Assembly: GCA_963702435.1 (NCBI GenBank)
Contig: CAVPCR010000004.1
Span: 576,001-640,000, forward strand
DNA: 64,000 nucleotides
Direction: 5' to 3'
DNA from: Candidatus Eiseniibacteriota bacterium
GTDB taxonomy: Bacteria; Eisenbacteria; RBG-16-71-46; CAVPCR01
Shown here piece after piece: positions 30,041-40,626 of the stretch (the first letter of the stretch is position 1; every line of letters begins with the position of its first letter). The translations under genes and the position numbers were made by a program. A model generated the notes under the pieces. That model did no database searches, was not told the DNA's origin, and saw only the letters and a program-made list of their open reading frames with translations.

Positions 30041-32323
30041 GTGTCCGCTCCGTCCCTGGCGCTCGGTCCGAACGAGATCCTATTCGGATCCGATCCCCGG
30101 CCCGGCATCCTCGCGGTCGAGCCTGCCGGCGACCGGGCGATGGAGCTCTTCGTCCTCGGCGCCCCGGCCGGCCCCGAGGCGCCGCGCCCGATCGAGCGCC
30201 TCCGCCAACCGTTCGCCCCGTTCCTGTGGATCTCCCGCCGCGAGCTTCTCGCCGGGTACCAGGGCGACGTCGAGGTCGAGGCGCTCGCGGGCGCGGGCGA
30301 GCTCCGTTATCTCGTCACCGTCCCCGGCGGGCGCGAGCTCGAGAATCTCCGCCGTCATCTGCGCACGACGAGCGGGGAGAACGCCTCGAGCCGGAGCGCG
30401 CCCTACCTCTACATCGGCGACCGCGTGCACCTCCATCTCCTCCGCACCGGGCAGACCCTCTTCAAGGGGCTCACCTTTGCCGATCTCCGCCGTCTCCAGA
30501 TCGACATCGAAACGGACTGCGCGCCGGGCTACGAGTTCTCGAATTCCGAGCGCGAAACGGACCGCATCCTCTCGATCGCGGTCACCGACTCGAACGGCTT
30601 CGAGGAGGTGATCTGGGGCGGCGAGCTCGCCGAGGAAGAGATGATCGAGCGGCTCACGGCGGTGATCCGCGAGCGCGACCCCGACGTCATAGAGGGACAC
30701 AACATCTTCAAGTTCGATCTGGAGTATCTGCGGGTGCGAGCCAAGCGCTACGGGAAGGCGCTCCACTGGGGACGGGACGGCTCGGCCGCGGTGAGCCGCC
30801 CGTCGCGGGTGCAGATCGCCGAGCGGGTGATCGACTACCCGCGCTGGGAGGTGCGCGGGCGGCACCTGGTGGACAGCTGGCTCCTCGTCCAGTTCTACGA
30901 CGTGAGCGCCCGCGAGCTCGAGAGCTACGGACTCAAGGACGTCGCCGCCCATCTCGGTCTCGCCGAGGAGGGCCGCGAGATCGTCGCCGGTCTCGATGTT
31001 CCGCGCGTTTTCCGGAGCGACCCGGAGCGGCTTCGCCGCTACAACCTCGCCGATGCGCGCGAGGTCGGGAAGGTGGCGGCGCTGCTCTCGGCGAGCTACT
31101 TCATCCAGGCCCAGATCTTCCCCTACGACTACCAGACGGTGGTCGTGCGCGGGAACGCGACCAAGATCAACGCGCTCTTCCTCCGCGAGCACCTCCGGCG
31201 GCGCCACTCGGTGCCGGCGCTCCCGGACGTGGACGCCGAGATCACGGGTGGCATGACCGCCGTCTACCGCCAGGGCGTGGTCGCCCCGGTGCTGCACGCG
31301 GACGTGCGCTCGCTCTATCCGTCGGTCATGCTGGCCTACGATCTCCGTCCCGGCCGCGACGAGCTCGACCTCTTCCGCGGACTCCTCGCCGATCTCCGTG
31401 ATTTCCGGCTCGCGGCGCGCACGGCCATGACGGGGGCGAAGACCCCGGCCGAGCGCCATCACCTCGACGCGCTCCAGTCCACCTTCAAGATCCTCATCAA
31501 TTCGTTCTACGGGTATCTGGGGAGCGGGTTCGCGAACTGGGCCGACACCGCGGCGGCGAACGACGTGACCGCGCGGGGACGGGCCATAGTCCAGCAGATG
31601 ATCGACTGGCTCGTGGCGCGCGGCGCCGAGCCGATCGAGGTGGACACCGACGGCGTCTACTTCGTGCCGCCGCCCGGCCTCGGCGCCGACGGGGCGAGCG
31701 CCGAGGCGTTCGTCGCCGAGCTCTCGCGCGAGCTCCCGGCCGGTATCCAGGTCGAGCTCGCCGGCCGCTACCGCGCGATGCTGAGCTACAAGATGAAGAA
31801 CTACGCGCTCCTCGATCACGAGGGACGGATCTCGATCACCGGTTCGGGCCTTCGCTCGCGCGGCCTCGAGCGCTTCCAGCGTGACTTTCTCCGTGACCTG
31901 CTGCAGCTCGCGCTCGAGGGGCGGACGGCGGAGATCCCGGAGCTCTACGCCCGCAGGCGCGAGCGGTTCGCGCGCCACGAGCTCGACGTGCGCGACTTCA
32001 TGAAGACCGAGACGCTCGCCGACTCGCTCGCGGCCTACAAGAACAAGCGGAGCGGCGGCGCGCGCAACCGCTCCGCGGCCTACGAGCTCGCCCTCGCCGC
32101 CGGGCGCGATCTCCGCCCGGGCGACCAGGTGTCCTACTACGTGACCGGGGAATCGAAGCGGGTGACCGTGGCGGAGGCGGCGCGGCTCGCCGCCGAGTGG
32201 GATCCGGCCTGTCCCGACGAGAACGTGGCCTACTACCAGGCGAAGCTCGAGGAGCTCTACGCGAAGTTCGCGCCGGTCTGCGGCGTGGCGGCGCCGCACA
32301 GGCAAGGCGAGCTCGGGCTCTAG
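30041..32323 (+). CDS. polB: Family B DNA polymerase with 3'-5' exonuclease
   Basis: ExoI DIETD, ExoII GHNIFKFD, motif A DVRSLYPS, motif B KILINSFYGYLG, motif C DTDG. Confidence 0.93.
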   Translation: MSAPSLALGPNEILFGSDPRPGILAVEPAGDRAMELFVLGAPAGPEAPRPIERLRQPFAPFLWISRRELLAGYQGDVEVEALAGAGELRYLVTVPGGRELENLRRHLRTTSGENASSRSAPYLYIGDRVHLHLLRTGQTLFKGLTFADLRRLQIDIETDCAPGYEFSNSERETDRILSIAVTDSNGFEEVIWGGELAEEEMIERLTAVIRERDPDVIEGHNIFKFDLEYLRVRAKRYGKALHWGRDGSAAVSRPSRVQIAERVIDYPRWEVRGRHLVDSWLLVQFYDVSARELESYGLKDVAAHLGLAEEGREIVAGLDVPRVFRSDPERLRRYNLADAREVGKVAALLSASYFIQAQIFPYDYQTVVVRGNATKINALFLREHLRRRHSVPALPDVDAEITGGMTAVYRQGVVAPVLHADVRSLYPSVMLAYDLRPGRDELDLFRGLLADLRDFRLAARTAMTGAKTPAERHHLDALQSTFKILINSFYGYLGSGFANWADTAAANDVTARGRAIVQQMIDWLVARGAEPIEVDTDGVYFVPPPGLGADGASAEAFVAELSRELPAGIQVELAGRYRAMLSYKMKNYALLDHEGRISITGSGLRSRGLERFQRDFLRDLLQLALEGRTAEIPELYARRRERFARHELDVRDFMKTETLADSLAAYKNKRSGGARNRSAAYELALAAGRDLRPGDQVSYYVTGESKRVTVAEAARLAAEWDPACPDENVAYYQAKLEELYAKFAPVCGVAAPHRQGELGL

Positions 32324-32337
32324 CCCGCGCGCCGGCG

Positions 32338-32772
32338 CTAGCTCCCGAGGTCGACCGCGCCCGGCTCCTCGAAGGCGAGGATCACGGCGCGCTGCGCCTC
32401 GGTCATCGGCTTGGTCGTGTCCGTCACGTAGTCGTACATGACCTGAACGCTCTCCGCGCGCGCCGCCAGGCGTCCGCCGGCGTGCACCTCGTAGGCGAAA
32501 CGGAAGCTCTTCCGCCCGATCGCGCTCACCCGGAGCCATACCTCGCACGCATCGCCGACGAAGACGGGGGCGATGAAGTCGATCTCGGTGCGCGCCAGGA
32601 TGAAGTCCACCTGATCGTAGGACTGGAGGCCGAACACGCGCTGCCAGTAGGCGGCGCGCGCCACCTCGAGGTAGGAGAGGTAGACGGCGTTGTTGACGTG
32701 CCGCATCGCATCGGTGTCGCGGAAGCGGATCTGGATCGGGACGGCGAGGCGGAAGGGGGAGCGTGGTTCCAT
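32338..32772 (-). CDS. Acyl-CoA thioesterase (4HBT/YbgC-like)
   Basis: RFRDTDAMRHVNNAVYLSYLEVAR motif. Confidence 0.9.
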   Translation of the reverse strand: MEPRSPFRLAVPIQIRFRDTDAMRHVNNAVYLSYLEVARAAYWQRVFGLQSYDQVDFILARTEIDFIAPVFVGDACEVWLRVSAIGRKSFRFAYEVHAGGRLAARAESVQVMYDYVTDTTKPMTEAQRAVILAFEEPGAVDLGS

Positions 32773-32896
32773 GGGCGAAAGATAGGTGATCGGACGCCGG
32801 CGGGCCAAGGGGGTAATGCGGCAATTGCGGTAGTATGGTGCGGCCGTCGGGCTCAAGGACACCGAACCGCGCCGGAGCGCGCGCAGGGAGGAGAGG

Positions 32897-33904
32897 ATGG
32901 AGTACCGGAGACTCGGCGCCGCCGGGGTCAAGGTGAGCGTGATCGGCCTCGGCAGCTGGATCACCTTCGGCAAGCAGGTGGACGACATGGCGGCCGACGA
33001 TCTGGTCGGCCAGGCCCTCGATCTCGGCATCCAGTTCATCGACACCGCCGACGTCTACGCGAACGGAGAGGCGGAGGAGATCCTCGGCCGGGTGCTGCCG
33101 CGCCACCGCCGCTCGTCGATCGTGCTCGCGACCAAGGTCTACGGCGAGATGGGGTCGGGCCCCAACGATCGCGGCCTGTCGCGGAAGCACGTGATCGAGG
33201 CTTGCACGGCGTCGCTCCGCCGACTCCGCACCGACTACCTCGACCTCTACCAGTGCCACCGCTACGACCCCGAGGTGCCGCTTGAGGAAGTGATCGCCGC
33301 CATGGACACGCTGGTCCGCCAGGGGAAGATCCTCTACTGGGGCGTGAGCCAGTGGTCCGCGGTCGAGATCGCCGAGTGCGTGCACACGGCGCACGCGACC
33401 GGCATGACTCCGCCCAGCTCGAACCAGCCGATCTACAACCTGATCAACCGGAGTCTCGAGGTCGAGATCCTCCGCACCTGCGAGGACCTCGGACTCGGGA
33501 TCGTCTGCTACTCGCCGCTCGCGCAGGGAATCCTCACCGCCAAGTACTCGGGTGGGAAGGTGCCGCGCGAGAGCCGCGCTGCGGACAAGGAAGCCGGCGC
33601 GTTCATGCAGAAGCGGATGACCGCCGAGAACTTCGCGCGCGCCGACCGCCTGGCGGCGCTGGCGCGCAGCATGGGGATCACCGCTGCCCAGCTCGCCCTC
33701 GCCTGGTGCCTCCGCCATCCGGCCGTGTCGAGCGTCATCATCGGCGCCCGCACGCGTGAGCAGCTCGCAGAAAACGCCGGGGCCGCGGGGATTGTCCTCA
33801 CGCCGGAGGTCGAGTCCGCGCTCGAGGAGATCTTCGCGAGCGCTCCGCACGACCAGTACACCGGGATGCGCATCGGTTACGGGCACGAGCCGATCGGCTG
33901 GTGA
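32897..33904 (+). CDS. Aldo/keto reductase (Kv-beta-like)
   Basis: GLGSWITFG, DTADVY, DLYQCHR and YSPLAQG motifs. Confidence 0.93.
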   Translation: MEYRRLGAAGVKVSVIGLGSWITFGKQVDDMAADDLVGQALDLGIQFIDTADVYANGEAEEILGRVLPRHRRSSIVLATKVYGEMGSGPNDRGLSRKHVIEACTASLRRLRTDYLDLYQCHRYDPEVPLEEVIAAMDTLVRQGKILYWGVSQWSAVEIAECVHTAHATGMTPPSSNQPIYNLINRSLEVEILRTCEDLGLGIVCYSPLAQGILTAKYSGGKVPRESRAADKEAGAFMQKRMTAENFARADRLAALARSMGITAAQLALAWCLRHPAVSSVIIGARTREQLAENAGAAGIVLTPEVESALEEIFASAPHDQYTGMRIGYGHEPIGW

Positions 33905-33951
33905 GGCGGGGTCGAGATCGCGCCGACGGGGACCTGCGAAAGAGAGGGAAG

Positions 33952-34027
33952 TGGTAGCGGCGGAGGGACTTGAACCCCCGACACGCGGATTATGATTCCG
34001 CTGCTCTACCAGCTGAGCTACGCCGCC
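33952..34027 (-). tRNA. tRNA-Met (CAT), elongator-like
   Basis: GGCGGCGTAGCTCAGCTGGTAGAGCAGCGGAATCATAATCCGCGTGTCGGGGGTTCAAGTCCCTCCGCCGCTACCA: 76-nt cloverleaf, CAT anticodon, encoded CCA, no initiator GGG/CCC anticodon stem. Ile2 cannot be fully excluded. Confidence 0.95.
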
Positions 34028-34104
34028 ACCGTCAGGGGGAGGAGATTAGCACAGGAGCCCGCCGCTCTGGGACGCGCCGGAGCCGGCCACGGGTGCTCGG
34101 CATG

Positions 34105-34176
34105 GCCGCGGTGCCGTGCCGGTGCTGCCGTCCCGACGGTGCCGCGGTGCCGTGCCGGTGCCGCCGTCCCGACGGT
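34105..34176. repeat. 36-bp tandem duplication
   Basis: GCCGCGGTGCCGTGCCGGTGCYGCCGTCCCGACGGT x2. Confidence 0.85.
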
Positions 34177-34248
34177 GCCGGGCGCGCCGGGGCTCGCCCC
34201 CGGAGGGGGGCCGCCGCACCGCGGGCGGCGGGGCGCCCGGGCCCGTCC

Positions 34249-34277
34249 TTGACAACCCCGGGGGGCCTCCGTAGAGT
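34249..34277 (+). promoter_or_regulatory. sigma70 promoter
   Basis: TTGACA-N17-TAGAGT upstream of the AAGGAG RBS and ATG 34346. Confidence 0.7.
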
Positions 34278-34345
34278 CTCCTCTTCCCAATTCCCCCGCC
34301 GTTATGCGCGATCTGCACGTTTCTCATCGCAAAGGAGTGGGTCTC

Positions 34346-35390
34346 ATGGGACAGGGGGCGGGCCATCGCCTGATCGTGGTGGCGGTCGCCGCCGGCCTGG
34401 CCGCGGGCATCGCGGGCCAGGTCCTGGCGGCGGATCTGACGGGACGGTTGGGACTGGGCGGGTCTGTCGGAACGTCCCTCCTGGTCGGCGACTACGACTA
34501 CCGCAAGCACGCGCGCCCGCGGCTCACCTTGGATGCGCTGTTCAAGTACGGCTTCCGCCCGCGGTGGGCTCTCGTCGGCCAGTTCGGCTACGGCTGGAAC
34601 TCCTATGCGTACGAGGAGAGCTGGCTCTCCTCGCCCGATTACGCCGACCTCCGCGAGTCGTATGGGCTCGACCGCGACGGCGTCGAGAAGCTCACCGTCA
34701 TGTATCCGTTCACGGCGGGCGTCGAGTACCGGTTCGGCAAGGACACCTGGGTCCCGTATGTCGGAGCCGGCGGCGGCCTCTACATGATCGACCTCTTCCA
34801 CGACCGCCGGACCGCGATCGACTACCGCACGCTCGCCAAGCACCGTACCTACAACCTCGGGTTCTACGCGCGCGGCGGCATCGAGCAGTTCATCACCGAT
34901 GCCGTGGCCATGGACTACGAGTTCCTCGGCCACATCGTCTTCTCCGAGGACCGGGAGAAGTTCCCCTATCCGCGCGGCAACGACCTCGCGGTGTACGGCG
35001 ACGACTTCCTGCCGCACGGCGGCGATCTCCAGTTCCTCCAGATGCGCATCGGGCTGCGCTACTACTGGGGCGAGAGCGACGAGGAGCCGGTGTCCGGCGA
35101 AGCACCGCCGGCGGTAACGCCGGAAGGAGAGGTTCCGGAGGCGGTGACGCCGGAGACCGCAGCGCCGGAAGCGGTGACGCCGGAGACTGCAGCGCCGGAA
35201 GCGGTGACGCCGGAGACTGCGGCGCCGGAGGCCACGACGCCGGCACCGCCCGCCCCGCCGGCGCCCGAGGCGGTTACGCCGCCGGCGATTCCCGAAACGG
35301 CGCCGGCCGCCCCGCAGACGCCGCCGCCGGCCGCGCCGGAGAGCCGCGACGCCGCCCGTGACGCCCGAGAAGCCCGCGGGCACTCCGTAG
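34346..35390 (+). CDS. Outer-membrane beta-barrel protein with Pro/Ala/Glu/Thr-rich repeat tail (apparent 1-nt frameshift near 35341)
   Basis: Signal peptide, amphipathic strands ([16 protein letters not shown]), then [10 protein letters not shown] 30-bp repeats; the tail continues in another frame as [15 protein letters not shown] ending at 35390. Confidence 0.7.
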
Positions 35391-35444
35391 CTCGACAGCT
35401 CGCCGCCCGCCCGCGCTCGGCGCGGCGCGGTCGAGGGAAGGACC

Positions 35445-36977
<1,533 letters not shown>

Positions 36978-36993
36978 CCGCTCCGGTCGCGAC

Positions 36994-37791
36994 GTGAGCC
37001 GAGAACGGCCTGCCGGGCCCGACGAGCCCTTCTTCCTGCCCGGGACGGCCGGTCGCGATGCGTGCCTCCTCGTGCACGGATCGACAGGCACCGCCGGAGA
37101 CATGCGCTTCCTGGGCGAGCACCTCCACGCGTGCGGCTACACGGTCGAGGGCGTGTCCCTGCCCGGGCACCGCCGCCGGCCGAGCGATCTCGAGGGGGTG
37201 GACTGGCGCGCCTGCTATCGCGCGGTCCACGCCTCCTGGCGGGCGCTCGCGGCCGCCCACGAGCGCGTGCACGTGGTCGGCTTCTCGCTCGGGGCGGCGC
37301 TCGCCATCCACCTCGCGGCGCGCGAGCCGGTCACGAGCCTCGTTCTCCTCGCCCCGGCGCTCTACGTCCACATGCGCCCGCGGGCGCTCATCAACGTCGC
37401 GACTGCGATCGAGCCGGGCATGCCGCTCGCGGCGTATGTGCGCTGGCACGTGGGCCTCGCCCGCTTCTTCCGGCTCGTGCGCGAGGACGTTCGCCACGTG
37501 TGCTGCCCGGTGCTCGCCATTCACGCGCGCGACGACGACACGGTGCGCGTGGAGAGCTCGCTGGCCGTGTACGAACGGGTGGCGACGACCGAGCGGCGGC
37601 TCCTCGTGCTCGAGCGCGGCGGGCATCTACTCCCGAGCGGCAGCGCGCGCGAGCGGACCTGCAGCGAGGTGGCGCAGCACCTGGATGCGCTCGGGCGGAC
37701 TGCGGGAGCGGGTGGGGGAGGGGGAGAGGAAACTGGAGAACGCGCGGGAGGAGGAGAGGGGACGGCGCGCGCGCCGCGCCGTACCGGCTAG
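36994..37791 (+). CDS. Alpha/beta hydrolase (carboxylesterase-like)
   Basis: HG, GFSLG nucleophile elbow, DDTV and GH triad residues. Confidence 0.85.
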   Translation: MSRERPAGPDEPFFLPGTAGRDACLLVHGSTGTAGDMRFLGEHLHACGYTVEGVSLPGHRRRPSDLEGVDWRACYRAVHASWRALAAAHERVHVVGFSLGAALAIHLAAREPVTSLVLLAPALYVHMRPRALINVATAIEPGMPLAAYVRWHVGLARFFRLVREDVRHVCCPVLAIHARDDDTVRVESSLAVYERVATTERRLLVLERGGHLLPSGSARERTCSEVAQHLDALGRTAGAGGGGGEETGERAGGGEGTARAPRRTG

Positions 37792-37826
37792 CGTGTAGCG
37801 GCCGGCGGCAGTGGCAGTGGCAGTGG

Positions 37827-38645
37827 CTAGGGCGTCCAGGGCGGGGCGGGCGCGGGCGGGGCCGGCACCGCGACCGCGTCGTCGAGACGCGCGAGGTCGT
37901 ACTGGAAGCCGGGGCGGAGCGCCGCCAGGTCGGCGGCCAGGTGCGCCACCTGGGCGCGCGATTCGGCGCTCGGCGCCCGCCGGTGCTCGGAGATGGCATC
38001 GAGGAGGAGGTCCTTCTTCTCGGCGAACACGACCGCCTCGCGCTCGCGATTCACGATCCGCTCGAGCACGAACTCCTCGCCGTGCGCGAGTCGCGCGAGC
38101 AGGTCCTCCTTCTTCTCGCCGCGCATGTGGGCCAGGATCCGTGCGTAGCGATCGAAGCCCAGCGACAGCTTCTCGAGCACCTCGACGATCGCCGTGTTCG
38201 AGCGATGCAGGCGCTGGCTGTAGGAATAGGCGAAGTGGTAGTAGGACTTGCCGCGCCCGATGTAGCCCTCCTCGATCGGCTCCTGCTTCACGCGCCCGCG
38301 CCGGAGCGGCGGGCTGGCGAAGGTGCAGGCCGAGAGCAGGAGGAAGTCGCTGGCCGTGCGCAGCACGCGGTAGCGGACGTGGGCGAGCTCCGAGCGGCGC
38401 AGCCGCTTGAACACCTCGCCGTCGTACTTGGAGAGGTAGCGGCGCGTGCGCTCGAAGGCCTCGGGATCGCCGAAGGTGGCGAGGAGCTGATCGAGATAGA
38501 CATCGACGTCCTCGATGTAGTTGTCCGGTCCGGCGAGGACTCCGACCTCCGTGCGCGAGCAGAGGAGGCAGTTCATGGTGAAGAAGTAGCTCGGCTGTTC
38601 GATGCGGCTCGTGCTGCGCGCGTCCAGCTGTCTCGGATTCACCAT
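37827..38645 (-). CDS. Hypothetical protein
   Basis: 272-aa ORF with protein-like composition, GAGGGG RBS and an upstream sigma54-like site. Confidence 0.75.
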   Translation of the reverse strand: MVNPRQLDARSTSRIEQPSYFFTMNCLLCSRTEVGVLAGPDNYIEDVDVYLDQLLATFGDPEAFERTRRYLSKYDGEVFKRLRRSELAHVRYRVLRTASDFLLLSACTFASPPLRRGRVKQEPIEEGYIGRGKSYYHFAYSYSQRLHRSNTAIVEVLEKLSLGFDRYARILAHMRGEKKEDLLARLAHGEEFVLERIVNREREAVVFAEKKDLLLDAISEHRRAPSAESRAQVAHLAADLAALRPGFQYDLARLDDAVAVPAPPAPAPPWTP

Positions 38646-38756
38646 GGTGGTCCCCTCGGTTCAGCGTCGCCTCCGGGTAGATCGGCCTCTGCGTGAACGA
38701 TGGCGCGCGCAAAGGGGTCCGCTCCTGCCCGGTGACCCGCTGGTGAGGCCAGGGGG

Positions 38757-38772
38757 AGCAACGCCCATGCCA
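38757..38772 (-). promoter_or_regulatory. sigma54 promoter
   Basis: TGGCATGGGCGTTGCT, a near-perfect -24/-12 consensus, oriented toward ATG 38645. Confidence 0.65.
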
Positions 38773-39189
38773 CCGCTGGCGGCGCCCCTGTCCGCAGCGC
38801 GACACTTTCCGCAGCGGCGACCGGCCTGCTCATCTCGCCTTTTCGTGGGGAGTTGCGAGGGCGACTCTGGAACAGCCGCCGGGCCGCGCCGGGGACCCGC
38901 GCCGGCGTTTCGCGGTGAGGCGAAGGCGGGGGGAAAGAACGCAGCCGGGAGTGGCTCCGGAGTTGCCGGCCGCGCGCCCGCGGGTGCAAAGCGCGGCTCG
39001 GCGAGCCCGCGGCTGGGGCAGAGAGCGCCCCGGCGGCGCGCATTGGCCCAGGAAGCCCGCTCCGGCTCCGCGCTCCGCGCCGCGTGGCGATCTGCTAGTC
39101 TTGTCCATCATGCTCCCGCCTGATACGCACTCTCATCATCGGGTACTGCAGCGGCGACGCGGGCAGATGCGAGCCGGGGCCGGCCACGA

Positions 39190-40527
39190 ATGAGCCAGCT
39201 CCTTCCTCCACTCCTTGTTCTCCTCGCCGTCGGAGCACTCGGCATCGTCCTCACGCGGCTGCTTCTCGGACGACGCGCGCGCATGCAACTCCTGGCGCGG
39301 CTCGCCGAGCAGCTCGCTGCCGCCACGGGCGGCAACGGCCGCACGATCCTCGAGGACGACGCGCTCGAGGACGAGCTGGCGCGCGTGGTGCGTGGCTACC
39401 AGAAGGTCGAGGGGCTCTCGTCGCGCGTTGCCGAGCTCGAGGCGGAGCGTGTGCTGGCGCGGCTGGCGGCGAAGGCCGGGGCGGCATCCGCGAACGAGGC
39501 TCCGGCCGGTGATGCATCCGCCGAGGACCTCTCCACGGCGGCGGTCGCCGGGGCCGGGGCCGCAGATACCGCCACAGAGGCGGCCGCAGCCGCCGCGGAG
39601 GCGGCCGCGGCGCAGTCGGCCGAGGCGGCGCTCATCCTGGACCAGGCGCGACGGCTGACCGAGTCGAGCTTCGTCGCCGGATCGGATGCCCTCGTGCGCG
39701 TGCGCGCGGCGCTCAAGAATCTCAAGGACTGGCGGCAGCGGCTGAGCGCGAGCGCGGAAGGCGGAGCGGGTGCGGAGAGCGCGGCGAGCGCGCTGCCTGC
39801 AACCGGTGTATCGCAGGCGGTCGGCGCGATGTCCTCGATCGGCGCGGTGCGCAGTGCGGCGGCAGGGAGCGTTGTGCCCGCCGGCGCCAACGGCGACACA
39901 GCGCCGCGCGTGACTGGAGCACCGCCGGGGCAAGGAGTCGCGGCGGCCGCGGCGATCCAGCCCAGCGCGGCGATCCAGCCCAGCGCGGCGATCCAGCCCA
40001 GCGCGGCGATCCAGCCGGCCGCGGCGACCGCGCTGGCCGCGGTCTTCACCTCGCTTGCCGGCGATGTCGCTCGCCTCGCCGAGTGCGCCCGCGGCTTGCG
40101 CCCCCTCGCCACGGCGGCCGAGACCATGGCCGGGCTCGGGCCCGCCGGCGATGGCGACGGCCTGCGGGGAGCTGTCTCGATCCGGGAAGTCGCCTTTTCA
40201 CCCGGCGCCGCCCCGCGCCGCCAGCTCTTGCTCGCCGCCCTAAGAATTCGCGGCCTGGTTGCCGAACTAGAGACAGGGCTCACCGGTCTGGGCACCGAGC
40301 TTCGAGTGCTCGGCCGCCTGCCGGCGGCGAAGCCGATCGCGAGCGACAAGGAGCGCGCGTCGAGGCGCGAGGGTCCCGAGCCGGCTTTCCTCCGGACGCT
40401 CTCGCGCCTCGAGATGCAACTCACCGAAGTGGCTGCCGATATCGCAGGCCTGACCCGCGATGCGGAGCACCTCTCCCGCGAGCTCAAACGGATCCGTTTC
40501 GCCGCGAACGGCCGTCCCGTCCCGTAA
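39190..40527 (+). CDS. Membrane-anchored Ala-rich/coiled-coil hypothetical protein
   Basis: N-terminal TM segment, helical stretches, internal (AAIQPS)x4 18-bp repeat. Confidence 0.55.
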   Translation: MSQLLPPLLVLLAVGALGIVLTRLLLGRRARMQLLARLAEQLAAATGGNGRTILEDDALEDELARVVRGYQKVEGLSSRVAELEAERVLARLAAKAGAASANEAPAGDASAEDLSTAAVAGAGAADTATEAAAAAAEAAAAQSAEAALILDQARRLTESSFVAGSDALVRVRAALKNLKDWRQRLSASAEGGAGAESAASALPATGVSQAVGAMSSIGAVRSAAAGSVVPAGANGDTAPRVTGAPPGQGVAAAAAIQPSAAIQPSAAIQPSAAIQPAAATALAAVFTSLAGDVARLAECARGLRPLATAAETMAGLGPAGDGDGLRGAVSIREVAFSPGAAPRRQLLLAALRIRGLVAELETGLTGLGTELRVLGRLPAAKPIASDKERASRREGPEPAFLRTLSRLEMQLTEVAADIAGLTRDAEHLSRELKRIRFAANGRPVP

Positions 40528-40626
40528 TCCAAGCCCGTCCCGCCGGTTCGTGAACGGCGGCCAAGGGCCTCCCGCCGGCCGGCGGGCGACGTCTCCCTTG
40601 CCCAGCGCCACGCGCGCCGGAGCTGC

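Noticed and set aside
30080..33886. Very long antisense or alternative-frame ORFs (also 4298..7492, 11126..13975, the N-part of 17054..20131, 60659..63325)
   Set aside because: Shadow ORFs of real genes, expected in high-GC DNA; Arg/Ala/Gly-rich with no motifs.
33952..34027. tRNA-anchored genomic island
   Set aside because: No integrase, no duplicated tRNA 3' end seen, and the flanks are housekeeping genes.
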